Of a DNA stretch of 64,000 bases, positions 43,847 through 51,478 are shown in pieces. Origin of the DNA: Salmonella phage vB_SenS-3; the sequence record OR896822.1. One strand, 5' to 3'. The stretch's first letter is position 1. Every line of letters starts with the position of its first letter. The notes beneath the pieces were generated by a model, which was given only the letters and a program-made list of their open reading frames with translations, did no database searches and was not told the origin of the DNA. The translations under genes and the position numbers were made by a program.

Positions 43847-44108
43847 ATTTATATAAATTGATGAGGAGAAATCCTCATCAAAGTTCACTAAGGTATTAGC
43901 TCGACCTAGGGCTGGCTGCCAAAAAGCACAATTGCAATTAGACCCCTAATGGCGGGGGATACTTTGCAATAAGTTCTAGATTAGTCCACTAGATTCAGTG
44001 GCAACTGAATAGTGTATCGGGTTTGTGAAGAGCGGTTATCCTCTACTGGCTAATGTCTGAGGGTAATACGCACACCGAGCTAATAGCCTTAGTAAACTTA
44101 AAGATTTT

Positions 44109-44187
44109 GGGGAATGGGTCTGCTTGGAGTGGACACCTCGCTTGCACCGAGGATATCAGAAGAGTTCGAATCTCTTATTCTCCACCA
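44109..44187 (+). tRNA. tRNA-Ala (anticodon TGC), copy 1
   Basis: acceptor with G3-U70 wobble pair (Ala identity element); anticodon stem CCTCG/CGAGG, loop CTTGCAC; CCA encoded. Confidence 0.65.
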
Positions 44188-44192
44188 AATTC

Positions 44193-44268
44193 GGGGTCAT
44201 AGGTTATTTGGTTAAACTTACTGCCTTGCAAGCAGTGGAACTCAGTTCAATTCTGAGTGACTCCACCA
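44193..44268 (+). tRNA. tRNA-Ala (anticodon TGC), copy 2
   Basis: acceptor GGGGTCA/TGACTCC with G3-U70; anticodon stem ACTGC/GCAGT, loop CTTGCAA; T-arm CTCAG-TTCAATT-CTGAG; CCA encoded. Confidence 0.75.
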
Positions 44269-44287
44269 AACAAATTAAGGAAATAAT

Positions 44288-44506
44288 ATGGTATTCTTAG
44301 CAGCCTCTGTAGTTCTTGCAGCTTTAGCACTAGCTATCTATTTTAGAACTATTAAAGATTTAGCTAAAGAAAAGAAAACTTTCTTTACTGATTATTCTTG
44401 GGGCGCTCCATATAACGTCCGCTTTATCAGCTTAGAAGCTATGCTGATAATGGTATTCAGTGGCATAGGTTCCATTGTTGCAGGGTTACTATTTATTTCT
44501 AACTAA
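44288..44506 (+). CDS. small membrane protein
   Basis: 72 aa with two hydrophobic helices. Confidence 0.45.
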   Translation: MVFLAASVVLAALALAIYFRTIKDLAKEKKTFFTDYSWGAPYNVRFISLEAMLIMVFSGIGSIVAGLLFISN

Positions 44507-44513
44507 ATAAAAT

Positions 44514-44594
44514 GGGGATGTGGCGAAATTGGCAGACGCGCTAGATTTAGGTTCTAGTCTTCGGGTGTGGGTTCGAGTCCCTCCATCCCTACCA
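44514..44594 (+). tRNA. tRNA-Leu (anticodon TAG), long variable arm
   Basis: acceptor GGGGATG/CATCCCT; anticodon stem CTAGA/TCTAG perfect, loop TTTAGGT; T-loop TTCGAGT; CCA encoded. Confidence 0.7.
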
Positions 44595-44768
44595 AACATT
44601 GGATTAACTCATGATGAAAACTCCTATAACTGATATCTGGTTAGCTGTTAATACATCAACTAAAGAGTATGTGTTTATAGAGTATGGTCAGAGGTATGAC
44701 CAAAAGATGTATAATCTCATACTTCCAGTATCTGCTAATGAAGTTTATGATTTAATCCTGAGATCTAC

Positions 44769-44861
44769 GGAAGAGCAAATCGATTAGGTGACGAAAACCG
44801 CTTGGAAAGTGGCTGACTTGTTAAAGCAGGCTTGAGAATTCGAATCTCTCTTCTTCCGCCA
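44769..44861 (+). tRNA. tRNA-Ser (anticodon GGA), long variable arm
   Basis: acceptor GGAAGAG/TTCTTCC; anticodon loop TTGGAAA; T-loop TTCGAAT; CCA encoded; 93 nt. Confidence 0.6.
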
Positions 44862-44882
44862 AACAACTAATAGGGAATATAA

Positions 44883-45125
44883 ATGAAAGTCAAGATTATG
44901 ATGTTGGATTTAGCTAATGATAAGTTTTTCTTGCGTCATACATTCCCTAGTAAGCAAGCTTTAGAGTTTCATATCAAGTACGCAATAGGCATGAAACTTC
45001 CTGAGCGAGAAATATTTGATAAAGCATGTGATACTGGAGTTATTTATGTATGGCAAACAACCTATCATGATAATCCAGAAGATCTTCGAAAAGAAGTAGA
45101 ACAAATACTAGAAGATAGGACGTAG
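44883..45125 (+). CDS. hypothetical protein
   Basis: 80 aa ORF; 3' end overlaps the start of tRNA-Ser(TGA). Confidence 0.5.
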   Translation: MKVKIMMLDLANDKFFLRHTFPSKQALEFHIKYAIGMKLPEREIFDKACDTGVIYVWQTTYHDNPEDLRKEVEQILEDRT

Positions 45126-45199
45126 TGGTATGTAACCGGTCTTGAAAACCGGCCCGCTGTAGTGATACGGTGATGGTTCGACTCCATTATCTTCTGCCA
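45109..45199 (+). tRNA. tRNA-Ser (anticodon TGA), long variable arm
   Basis: acceptor AGAAGAT/ATCTTCT perfect; anticodon stem CCGGT/ACCGG perfect, loop CTTGAAA; T-arm GATGG-TTCGACT-CCATT; CCA encoded. Confidence 0.75.
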
Positions 45200-45524
45200 A
45201 ATCTTGAAGTATGCCGGAATCGGTAGACGGGGCTTCCTAAAGGGCGTAAGGGGAACATCCACTCCTCATAAGATACCCGAAAACGAGGCTGAGATAACTG
45301 GTCTATCTCGTGAAGGTTCGAGTCCTTCTGCTTCTTGATATTCATCAATGGCTCAAAGTGTAACGGTGCTATTTGATGCTCTTAGTAAGACTTTCCCGAC
45401 ATGCGTTCGGGAGTAAGCTGCTAAGGCTAGAGTAGAAGAGTTTCGGAGAGCCGCCACAATTGAAGTCTTTAGAATGGGTATCGCCCTTTAGCCCCTCCGA
45501 AAGGGATAACTAGAGATTTCAATT

Positions 45525-45601
45525 GTGGTTATATCATAATTGGTTAATGATCCTGATTGTGAATCAGGCCTATGTGGATTCGAATTCCACTAACCACCCC
45601 A
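45525..45601 (+). tRNA. tRNA-His (anticodon GTG)
   Basis: acceptor GTGGTTA/TAACCAC perfect; D-stem TCAT/ATGA; anticodon stem CCTGA/TCAGG, loop TTGTGAA; T-arm GTGGA-TTCGAAT-TCCAC; CCA encoded. Confidence 0.85.
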
Positions 45602-45607
45602 AATATT

Positions 45608-45682
45608 GCGTCCTTATTTCAATGGAAAGAATGTAAAGCTACGAACTTTACGATCGGGGTTCGATTCCCTGAGGATGCACCA
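45608..45682 (+). tRNA. tRNA-Arg (anticodon ACG)
   Basis: acceptor GCGTCCT/AGGATGC; anticodon stem TAAAG/CTTTA perfect, loop CTACGAA; T-loop TTCGATT; CCA encoded. Confidence 0.75.
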
Positions 45683-45706
45683 ATTAACTTATACAGGAAC
45701 TAAAAT

Positions 45707-45907
45707 ATGGCTGATTTCTGCAAAGAATGCTCTATCGATATGTGGGGCAAAGATACTGGTGATCTTTCTGGTCTGATTACAGAAGCCGAAGTTAAAGAAG
45801 GCTATGGTGCTGTTGTAATCTGTGAAGGTTGTGGTATTATTCGTGTTGACCATAATGGTAAACGTCTAGAAGAACCAGATCCAATTGCCACGGTTCCTGT
45901 AGAATAA
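45707..45907 (+). CDS. small Cys-rich protein
   Basis: 66 aa; CKEC...CEGC cysteine pairs (zinc-ribbon-like). Confidence 0.45.
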   Translation: MADFCKECSIDMWGKDTGDLSGLITEAEVKEGYGAVVICEGCGIIRVDHNGKRLEEPDPIATVPVE

Positions 45908-45914
45908 AAATTAT

Positions 45915-45990
45915 TGGGATGTAGATCAATTGGCAGATCGTCGGCCTCTGACTCCGAAGGTTCCACGTTCGATCCGTGGCATCCCAGCCA
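45915..45990 (+). tRNA. tRNA-Gln (anticodon CTG)
   Basis: acceptor TGGGATG/CATCCCA perfect; D-stem GATC/GATC; anticodon loop CTCTGAC; T-arm CCACG-TTCGATC-CGTGG; CCA encoded. Confidence 0.7.
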
Positions 45991-45996
45991 AACAAT

Positions 45997-46072
45997 TGGA
46001 GAGTAGTGTAACGGTTAGCACAACGGCCTTTGACTCCGTTAATGGTAGGTTCGATTCCTCCTTCTCCAGCCA
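45997..46072 (+). tRNA. tRNA-Gln (anticodon TTG)
   Basis: acceptor TGGAGAG/TTCTCCA; anticodon stem ACGGC/TCCGT, loop CTTTGAC; T-loop TTCGATT; CCA encoded. Confidence 0.65.
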
Positions 46073-46078
46073 ATTTAT

Positions 46079-46153
46079 GCGTGATTAGTTCAGTGGCTAG
46101 AATAACTGGCTTCCAACCAGTAGACACGAGTTCGACTCTCGTATCCCGCACCA
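46079..46153 (+). tRNA. tRNA-Gly (anticodon TCC)
   Basis: anticodon stem ACTGG/CCAGT perfect, loop CTTCCAA; T-arm ACGAG-TTCGACT-CTCGT perfect; CCA encoded. Confidence 0.75.
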
Positions 46154-46169
46154 AATATAAGGAAACGTT

Positions 46170-46391
46170 ATGGACGTTTTTGAGTTTCGTAATAAAAACC
46201 CCAATAGACGAGTTTTAATTATTGGTGAAACATATAGAGCTTATGAGCAAGAAGATGGTTCGGTTTTATTAAATGATGAAAAACAAGGCTATAGCTTTCA
46301 TCCAGAAGAAACATATGAAGAATTTCGTACTAAGTTTCTTTTACCAGACTGGCTAGCAATAGCTGAGCAAAGAGAATCCAAAGATGGCTGA
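46170..46391 (+). CDS. hypothetical protein
   Basis: 73 aa ORF with RBS AAGGAAA. Confidence 0.45.
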   Translation: MDVFEFRNKNPNRRVLIIGETYRAYEQEDGSVLLNDEKQGYSFHPEETYEEFRTKFLLPDWLAIAEQRESKDG

Positions 46392-46535
46392 TAATCTAAA
46401 GCTAAAAGTAGATAAACGAATGAAGTGCGTTGAGGTTGAGTTGGGTGAAGAACGTTTAAAACTCTCCTTCGAATTCTTACAGCAGTTGGCTATGACAGTA
46501 ATGTCTGATAAGTCTCCTGTATTTGAAAAAGAAAT

Positions 46536-46558
46536 CCCGTTGAAATAACGGGTTTATT
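46536..46558 (+). terminator. putative terminator hairpin just upstream of tRNA-Thr
   Basis: CCCGTT-GAAATA-AACGGG hairpin followed by TTTATT. Confidence 0.45.
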
Positions 46559-46632
46559 GCTCCTAAAGCATTGCTGGCGATGCAGTTGCCTTGTAAGCAT
46601 CTGAACCGGGTTCGATTCCTGGTGGGAGCACC
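46559..46632 (+). tRNA. tRNA-Thr (anticodon TGT)
   Basis: acceptor GCTCCTA/TGGGAGC; D-stem GCAT/ATGC; anticodon loop CTTGTAA; T-arm CCGGG-TTCGATT-CCTGG; CCA encoded. Confidence 0.75.
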
Positions 46633-46647
46633 AAATTTAAAAATTCA

Positions 46648-46677
46648 TTTGCCTTCTCTCTTATTTCTTGTTATAAT
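46648..46677 (+). promoter_or_regulatory. sigma70-type early promoter
   Basis: -35 TTGCCT, 18 bp, -10 TATAAT, conserved leader. Confidence 0.55.
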
Positions 46678-46707
46678 ATTTATATAAATTAATGAGAGGG
46701 AAACCAA

Positions 46708-47001
46708 ATGAAACGTTATCTTTCTGTCGTATTCCAAACGGGTGGTCAACGCTACACTTATGAATTTCCTGAGTCCTGGAAAATTAAAGAAGGTGATCAA
46801 GTTGTTGTATTAACACCTCGTGAAGGCTTCAAAGTAGTAACGGTTAAACAAGTATTTCCAAAAGATCACGAACCATCTAAGTCTATTCAGTACAAGATGA
46901 TTCATGGTCTAGTTCGTAAAGTACCACGAACTGAGGTAGAAGTAGATAAGACTGGTGAAGCTAAATACCAGTATACTTCTTACTTAGACGAGTTGTTATA
47001 A
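46708..47001 (+). CDS. hypothetical protein
   Basis: 97 aa ORF with conserved leader RBS. Confidence 0.5.
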   Translation: MKRYLSVVFQTGGQRYTYEFPESWKIKEGDQVVVLTPREGFKVVTVKQVFPKDHEPSKSIQYKMIHGLVRKVPRTEVEVDKTGEAKYQYTSYLDELL

Positions 47002-47207
47002 TGAGAATTACTTTCACAGAAAAGATTATGGGCAATGGTGTTATGATCATTACCGCATGGGATGGTAATCAGTGGTGTAGTGTTTCAGGTATTAAGCCTG
47101 AAGAACAAACACTAGAAAATATCTCAAAGATTAAGCGAAGAATGGCAGAACGTGCACGACTTCCAGGTGCTCCTAGAAATGGTAAACGTTCTGCAATTAA
47201 ATGTTAA
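47001..47207 (+). CDS. hypothetical protein
   Basis: 68 aa ORF; start overlaps previous stop (ATGA). Confidence 0.45.
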   Translation: MRITFTEKIMGNGVMIITAWDGNQWCSVSGIKPEEQTLENISKIKRRMAERARLPGAPRNGKRSAIKC

Positions 47208-47208
47208 T

Positions 47209-47285
47209 GCTTCGGTAGCTTAGCGATCTAAAGCACTCGGCTGATAACCGAGAGATCGGGGGTTTAAATCCCTCCCGGAGTACCA
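47209..47285 (+). tRNA. tRNA-Ile (anticodon GAT)
   Basis: acceptor GCTTCGG/CCGGAGT with G-U pairs; D-stem GCTT/AAGC; anticodon stem CTCGG/CCGAG perfect, loop CTGATAA; CCA encoded. Confidence 0.75.
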
Positions 47286-47381
47286 AATTTAGGAAGTAAG
47301 ACTATGCGTCCAGGAAAGTTTAAAAAAGCTAATTGGTCTAAAGAGTATAAAGAATACTTACTTAGTCTAGTAAAACATAAT

Positions 47382-47454
47382 AGTTAGTTGGCAGAGAGGT
47401 TATGCACCTCCTTCATACGGAGCGCCTACAGTGGTTCAAATCCACTACTAACTA
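47382..47454 (+). tRNA. tRNA with CAT anticodon (Met or Ile2)
   Basis: acceptor AGTTAGT/ACTAACT perfect; anticodon loop TTCATAC; T-arm AGTGG-TTCAAAT-CCACT perfect; CCA not encoded. Confidence 0.65.
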
Positions 47455-47821
47455 CTAAACAGAGGATCAGATCATTGTACCAGATCCTGCTGAGAAGAGA
47501 GTCCACATTCTATAAATGGCCGGGCGTGACAGCAGGAAGTAGACTGCAACTCCATGCTATACAGGAGTATAAATGTAGAAGCTAGGGCTTTAGATAGCCA
47601 TTGTCTTAGCGTGAGCAATCACGTAGTTGCAACAGACCAGGGGATAGCAACGTTAAAATCAAAGCTCCTGTGCTTATTAAACTGAATGGGACTATCAATC
47701 CACAAGCCGGACTACGAGCGATTATCGGGTATTCACTTAATAAGCAAGCCTGCCTTCCAGTTTTTATCTTGCTTCTGGGTTAACAAAAAGCTGAGCCAAA
47801 TTCTAGCATCAGGGAGATCTA

Positions 47822-48190
47822 ATGAAAGCATATCAAAGTCTTAAGTCTGGCGTAATTAACCTTGTTCATAACAATCAGATCATTCAACTATATTCTAAAG
47901 ATGGTGAACTTAAACAGAAAGTTCTAGTCGAAGATCTAGAAGGTATCACACCTCACTTTGACCCTGAGGCCTTTCGCATTGTAGATGTGGAAGTGATTCC
48001 TCAAGTCGAGGGTGGTCAGCACCTAAATGTCAACGTGTTAAGCCGTGATCAGCTTTTGGATGCACAGAAACATCCTGAAAAATATCCTCAGTTGACCATC
48101 CGTGTCTCTGGATATGCTGTTCGATTTAACGCATTGACGCGTGAACAACAGAACGACGTTATTAGTCGTACATTTACTCAGGCGATATAA
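47822..48190 (+). CDS. grcA: GrcA/YfiD-like autonomous glycyl radical cofactor protein
   Basis: C-terminal [12 protein letters not shown]...[37 protein letters not shown] closely matches E. coli GrcA and the PFL C-terminal glycyl-radical domain. Confidence 0.8.
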   Translation: MKAYQSLKSGVINLVHNNQIIQLYSKDGELKQKVLVEDLEGITPHFDPEAFRIVDVEVIPQVEGGQHLNVNVLSRDQLLDAQKHPEKYPQLTIRVSGYAVRFNALTREQQNDVISRTFTQAI

Positions 48191-48271
48191 TGGGGTTTGG
48201 ATATGATTTCTCCCAGCTACGCAAGGTAGTCGAGCAAACTCCATTTATCTCCCAAGTTTTAGGAGAAATGT

Positions 48272-48571
48272 GTGGATCGAGCATTAAGACGCCATCACCG
48301 GCAACGTGTGAAAAACAATCGCAAAAAGTATTGGACAGTCTTCCCACATGAAGAAAGTCCTAAGCGGTTAGGCATTATCACTACCACTCCTTGCATCTGT
48401 TCTTGTTGGATGTGTGGGAATCCTCGCAAATACTATAAGAATAGTAAAGCAGGTATGAAAATCTCGGAGATTAAAAAGATGGATGCAATGATTATGGGCA
48501 TCACCTTTACAGGCGGTATCTCTGATGAATTCGACGGTTTTGTAACTCAGGATATTGTCGAAATTATCTAA
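48272..48571 (+). CDS. hypothetical protein
   Basis: 99 aa ORF, basic N-terminus. Confidence 0.45.
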   Translation: MDRALRRHHRQRVKNNRKKYWTVFPHEESPKRLGIITTTPCICSCWMCGNPRKYYKNSKAGMKISEIKKMDAMIMGITFTGGISDEFDGFVTQDIVEII

Positions 48572-48582
48572 TTAATAATAAA

Positions 48583-48616
48583 CCCCAGCTATTGAATAGG
48601 TAGTCTGGGGTTTTCT
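48583..48616 (+). terminator. rho-independent terminator
   Basis: CCCCAG...CTGGGG hairpin followed by TTTTCTTG. Confidence 0.55.
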
Positions 48617-48638
48617 TGTAGTATGTAGGATTTTCGAA

Positions 48639-48824
48639 ATGAAAATTTTTAAAGTGAACTATAGCGGCCTGTGGTTAGGTGGTACAGCTATTGTCGTTGC
48701 AGAAACTGCAGAAGAAGCAATCGAACTGGCTAGAAACCATAGAAGTTCTATAGAATTCGAGGATGTGACAGTAGAAGAACTCCCGAGCAGTGGGGTAGTA
48801 TACAACGACAACGGAGATTACTGA
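48639..48824 (+). CDS. hypothetical protein
   Basis: 61 aa ORF. Confidence 0.4.
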   Translation: MKIFKVNYSGLWLGGTAIVVAETAEEAIELARNHRSSIEFEDVTVEELPSSGVVYNDNGDY

Positions 48825-48882
48825 TGTTATATTTTGAAGTTCGCCCACATTAAGTTAATTTAAAAGACTTAATGGAGGTAAT

Positions 48883-49278
48883 ATGAGCCGTACATATCGT
48901 AAACAATCTGGTGATCGTCACTGGCGTGATGCACATCGTTCTACTTATAATTTTCATAGCACTAATATCCGTATTCCGTATATCTACACGGATAGGGATG
49001 GTAGGCAGTGGAAGTATTATCAAGTTCGATCCAATGAAGCATGGGCTAAAACTTGGGATGAAATTGAGAAGGAGATTCAGGAAAATATCATCCGTAACGA
49101 GAAGAAAGATGGGCACTGGTGGGATTCTGTTAGTAGGAATGTTAAGTGGCATTCTAACAAAATGGTTCGTCAGGGAAACCGTCGCGAACTTCATCGTGTG
49201 ATGAAAGATCCAGAAAATTACGACTATAATCGCGATCATGATCTGCGTAAGCGTGGGTTATGGTGGTGCTACGACTAA
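48883..49278 (+). CDS. hypothetical protein
   Basis: 131 aa, Arg/Trp-rich; RBS GGAGG. Confidence 0.5.
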   Translation: MSRTYRKQSGDRHWRDAHRSTYNFHSTNIRIPYIYTDRDGRQWKYYQVRSNEAWAKTWDEIEKEIQENIIRNEKKDGHWWDSVSRNVKWHSNKMVRQGNRRELHRVMKDPENYDYNRDHDLRKRGLWWCYD

Positions 49279-49295
49279 TTTCATAAATAATTCAT

Positions 49296-49324
49296 TTGCT
49301 AAAACCCTCTCCTTTTGATATAAT
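49296..49324 (+). promoter_or_regulatory. sigma70-type early promoter
   Basis: -35 TTGCTA, 17 bp, -10 TATAAT, conserved leader. Confidence 0.6.
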
Positions 49325-49354
49325 ATTTATATAAATTGATGAGAGGGCTTTGAA

Positions 49355-49627
49355 ATGAAAGAAGCAGAAATTAATGAAATGGCTAGAATATTCATCGTTT
49401 CCTATATGCAAGGCAGTTGCAATAGTTTATTCGAGTCTGCTATAGTATTTCAGGAAATGTTAGCCGAGAAAGGCGTACATATGGAAGATACTGAAATTGA
49501 AGATCTTCTAATGGAAACTTGTAGTAGTGCTGAAGTCTTCCAGTGTGGTAACTGTAATTGGTGGTGTCCAGAGCATGATCGTTCTGAAGAAGGTTCCTAC
49601 TGTTCCGATTGTGAAGGAGAAGAATAA
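49355..49627 (+). CDS. hypothetical Cys-rich protein
   Basis: 90 aa; CGNCNWWC and CSDC motifs. Confidence 0.5.
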   Translation: MKEAEINEMARIFIVSYMQGSCNSLFESAIVFQEMLAEKGVHMEDTEIEDLLMETCSSAEVFQCGNCNWWCPEHDRSEEGSYCSDCEGEE

Positions 49628-49926
49628 TGAATAAGTTTATTATTGCTCTAGTAATTTCAGCAGTTAGTTTCGGTTCTCTGGCATCTACCAAAGTTTCTAT
49701 GAAAAATGGTAATGTTAAAGTTCAGCAGAATGGCATTACCACCGAATATGGTAAAGTACGTGATGTAAAAGAACGTAATGGCAAAGTAGAAATATATACT
49801 AATAAAAACTTCTCTACTCCGGCTGTTACTGTTAGTAAACGTGGTGAAATCACTACTCAACGTACTAATAGTTCTGATTCTTTTACTTGCCGTTATGACT
49901 GCGGCTTTGAAGGTGAAGATGAGTAA
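49627..49926 (+). CDS. secreted hypothetical protein
   Basis: 99 aa with N-terminal signal peptide. Confidence 0.5.
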   Translation: MNKFIIALVISAVSFGSLASTKVSMKNGNVKVQQNGITTEYGKVRDVKERNGKVEIYTNKNFSTPAVTVSKRGEITTQRTNSSDSFTCRYDCGFEGEDE

Positions 49927-50338
49927 TTTAGACCCTAGAATTAAACATGCAGTTGAAGAAATCCAAGATCAAATCGATGAGGATTTCACTGTTTGGTCAA
50001 GATTTGGTAATGGTGAAGGTTGTCAGCTTTATAGCATGAAAATGGGTATCTCGATTGAACTTAGTATCAATCCCGAGGGTAACGTAGAAGCCCAACCCAT
50101 GTTCAGTGTTCCAGGCTTCTCTGGATTTGTTATGGGCATGAAACTATGTCTACCAAATAAACATCTTTACCGCGTTATCTGTCAGCTAGAAACAATTAAA
50201 CATTTCTTACCAGAAGATAACATTAATGACTACTATCATGAAGTTGTAGCAGCTTACATGATGAAAGAACGCAAACGTCGGAGAGCAGAACGTGAAAGAG
50301 CTAAATCTCAACAGTCTAGTACAGATTCCAGCAACTGA
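49919..50338 (+). CDS. hypothetical protein
   Basis: start set at ATG overlapping previous stop (GATGAGTAA); upstream extension of the listed ORF unlikely. Confidence 0.5.
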   Translation: MSNLDPRIKHAVEEIQDQIDEDFTVWSRFGNGEGCQLYSMKMGISIELSINPEGNVEAQPMFSVPGFSGFVMGMKLCLPNKHLYRVICQLETIKHFLPEDNINDYYHEVVAAYMMKERKRRRAERERAKSQQSSTDSSN

Positions 50339-50588
50339 TGCTGTACTAGACTTCCCCAAGCAGGAACATATTAAGTTCTGGACTAACTATGCAGAACAGT
50401 ACGAAGAAACTTCTAGTGCAATAACATTCGCGGATAAACGAATAGCTGAGTATACAGATCCTAGAGTTAAAAATGGTATGATTACCTTACCACTTTGGGA
50501 TGTAATGGAAAAGTTTGGTAAAGATTTGTGCCCAGGTTGTATACCATTGTTTGTTACTATTCTAATTGACGAAAAGGATCTTAAATGA
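50292..50588 (+). CDS. hypothetical protein
   Basis: 98 aa ORF; 5' overlap with the previous gene makes the start uncertain. Confidence 0.4.
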   Translation: MKELNLNSLVQIPATDAVLDFPKQEHIKFWTNYAEQYEETSSAITFADKRIAEYTDPRVKNGMITLPLWDVMEKFGKDLCPGCIPLFVTILIDEKDLK

Positions 50589-50869
50589 TTATCTCTCCAT
50601 TTGCTTTGTGGTTTGTTATTGGTGCAGTTGTCGCGATTTACAGTCTGATTGATGATCTGTATATCTCTAAAAATAAAGATGTTATTCTTTATGTTATAAA
50701 CAAATATCGTCCGCCAGAATTAACAGAATTTGACGATGAAAAGATGTTCAAATTCATTATGTCAGGTATGCTTATTATGGATACCTTGTTCGGGCCAGTA
50801 GCTACTTATTTCTTCTTCCGTAAAACTCGTAAGATGAAAAAGTTCCGTGCTGAAATGCAGAGCAAGTAA
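50585..50869 (+). CDS. small membrane protein
   Basis: 94 aa with two hydrophobic helices. Confidence 0.45.
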   Translation: MIISPFALWFVIGAVVAIYSLIDDLYISKNKDVILYVINKYRPPELTEFDDEKMFKFIMSGMLIMDTLFGPVATYFFFRKTRKMKKFRAEMQSK

Positions 50870-50985
50870 AGAACTCGCGTAGGACCGAGTTGCGTCACCT
50901 GCAACTGTTACGGATAAGGGAGTCGTGCCCCTTAGTGCGGTAAGTGGTGAGTTGGTCGCTGACCTCAACTTTAACTGGAGATATC

Positions 50986-51333
50986 ATGAGCTTTATTTTA
51001 TTCATTGTAGCAGCATGGTTTATTATTGGTTTAGGCTATGCTATTGCAGTTATTCGTCATCTGGATGAATATTCTGCTGAATGGTTTATTAAGTACCTAC
51101 GTTTAGACGATCAAGAACACGAGTTCGACAGTGCTGAGGAAAGACAGGCTGTCCAGTCAATGACTCCCAAAGAATGCTTGCTTTACATGCGTGTAATTGG
51201 TTTCTTTGGACTGTTGGTAGCGGGGCCGCTAGGTCTTACTATTGCTCCCTACAAAGAAGTTGTTGACGACATTAAACTATGGAGAACCGCTGGATCGCTA
51301 CGTCGTGCTAGAGAATTAAGTAAACAAGAGTGA
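50986..51333 (+). CDS. small membrane protein
   Basis: ATG 50986 after RBS GGAG (listed ORF starts at GTG 50944); two hydrophobic helices. Confidence 0.45.
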   Translation: MSFILFIVAAWFIIGLGYAIAVIRHLDEYSAEWFIKYLRLDDQEHEFDSAEERQAVQSMTPKECLLYMRVIGFFGLLVAGPLGLTIAPYKEVVDDIKLWRTAGSLRRARELSKQE

Positions 51334-51368
51334 TGATAATCACCTCCTAGCAAGAATAATAATGACAA

Positions 51369-51402
51369 AGCCCAGCCTGCAATTTTGCGACTGGGCTATT
51401 TT
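51369..51402 (+). terminator. rho-independent terminator
   Basis: AGCCCAG...CTGGGCT hairpin followed by ATTTTTG. Confidence 0.55.
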
Positions 51403-51418
51403 TGTAATAAAATTTCAG

Positions 51419-51447
51419 TTGCTCAGATGCCACAAGTATTGTATAAT
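51419..51447 (+). promoter_or_regulatory. sigma70-type early promoter
   Basis: -35 TTGCTC, 17 bp, -10 TATAAT. Confidence 0.6.
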
Positions 51448-51478
51448 ATGTTTATAGATTGAGGCAAAAGGATAATTT

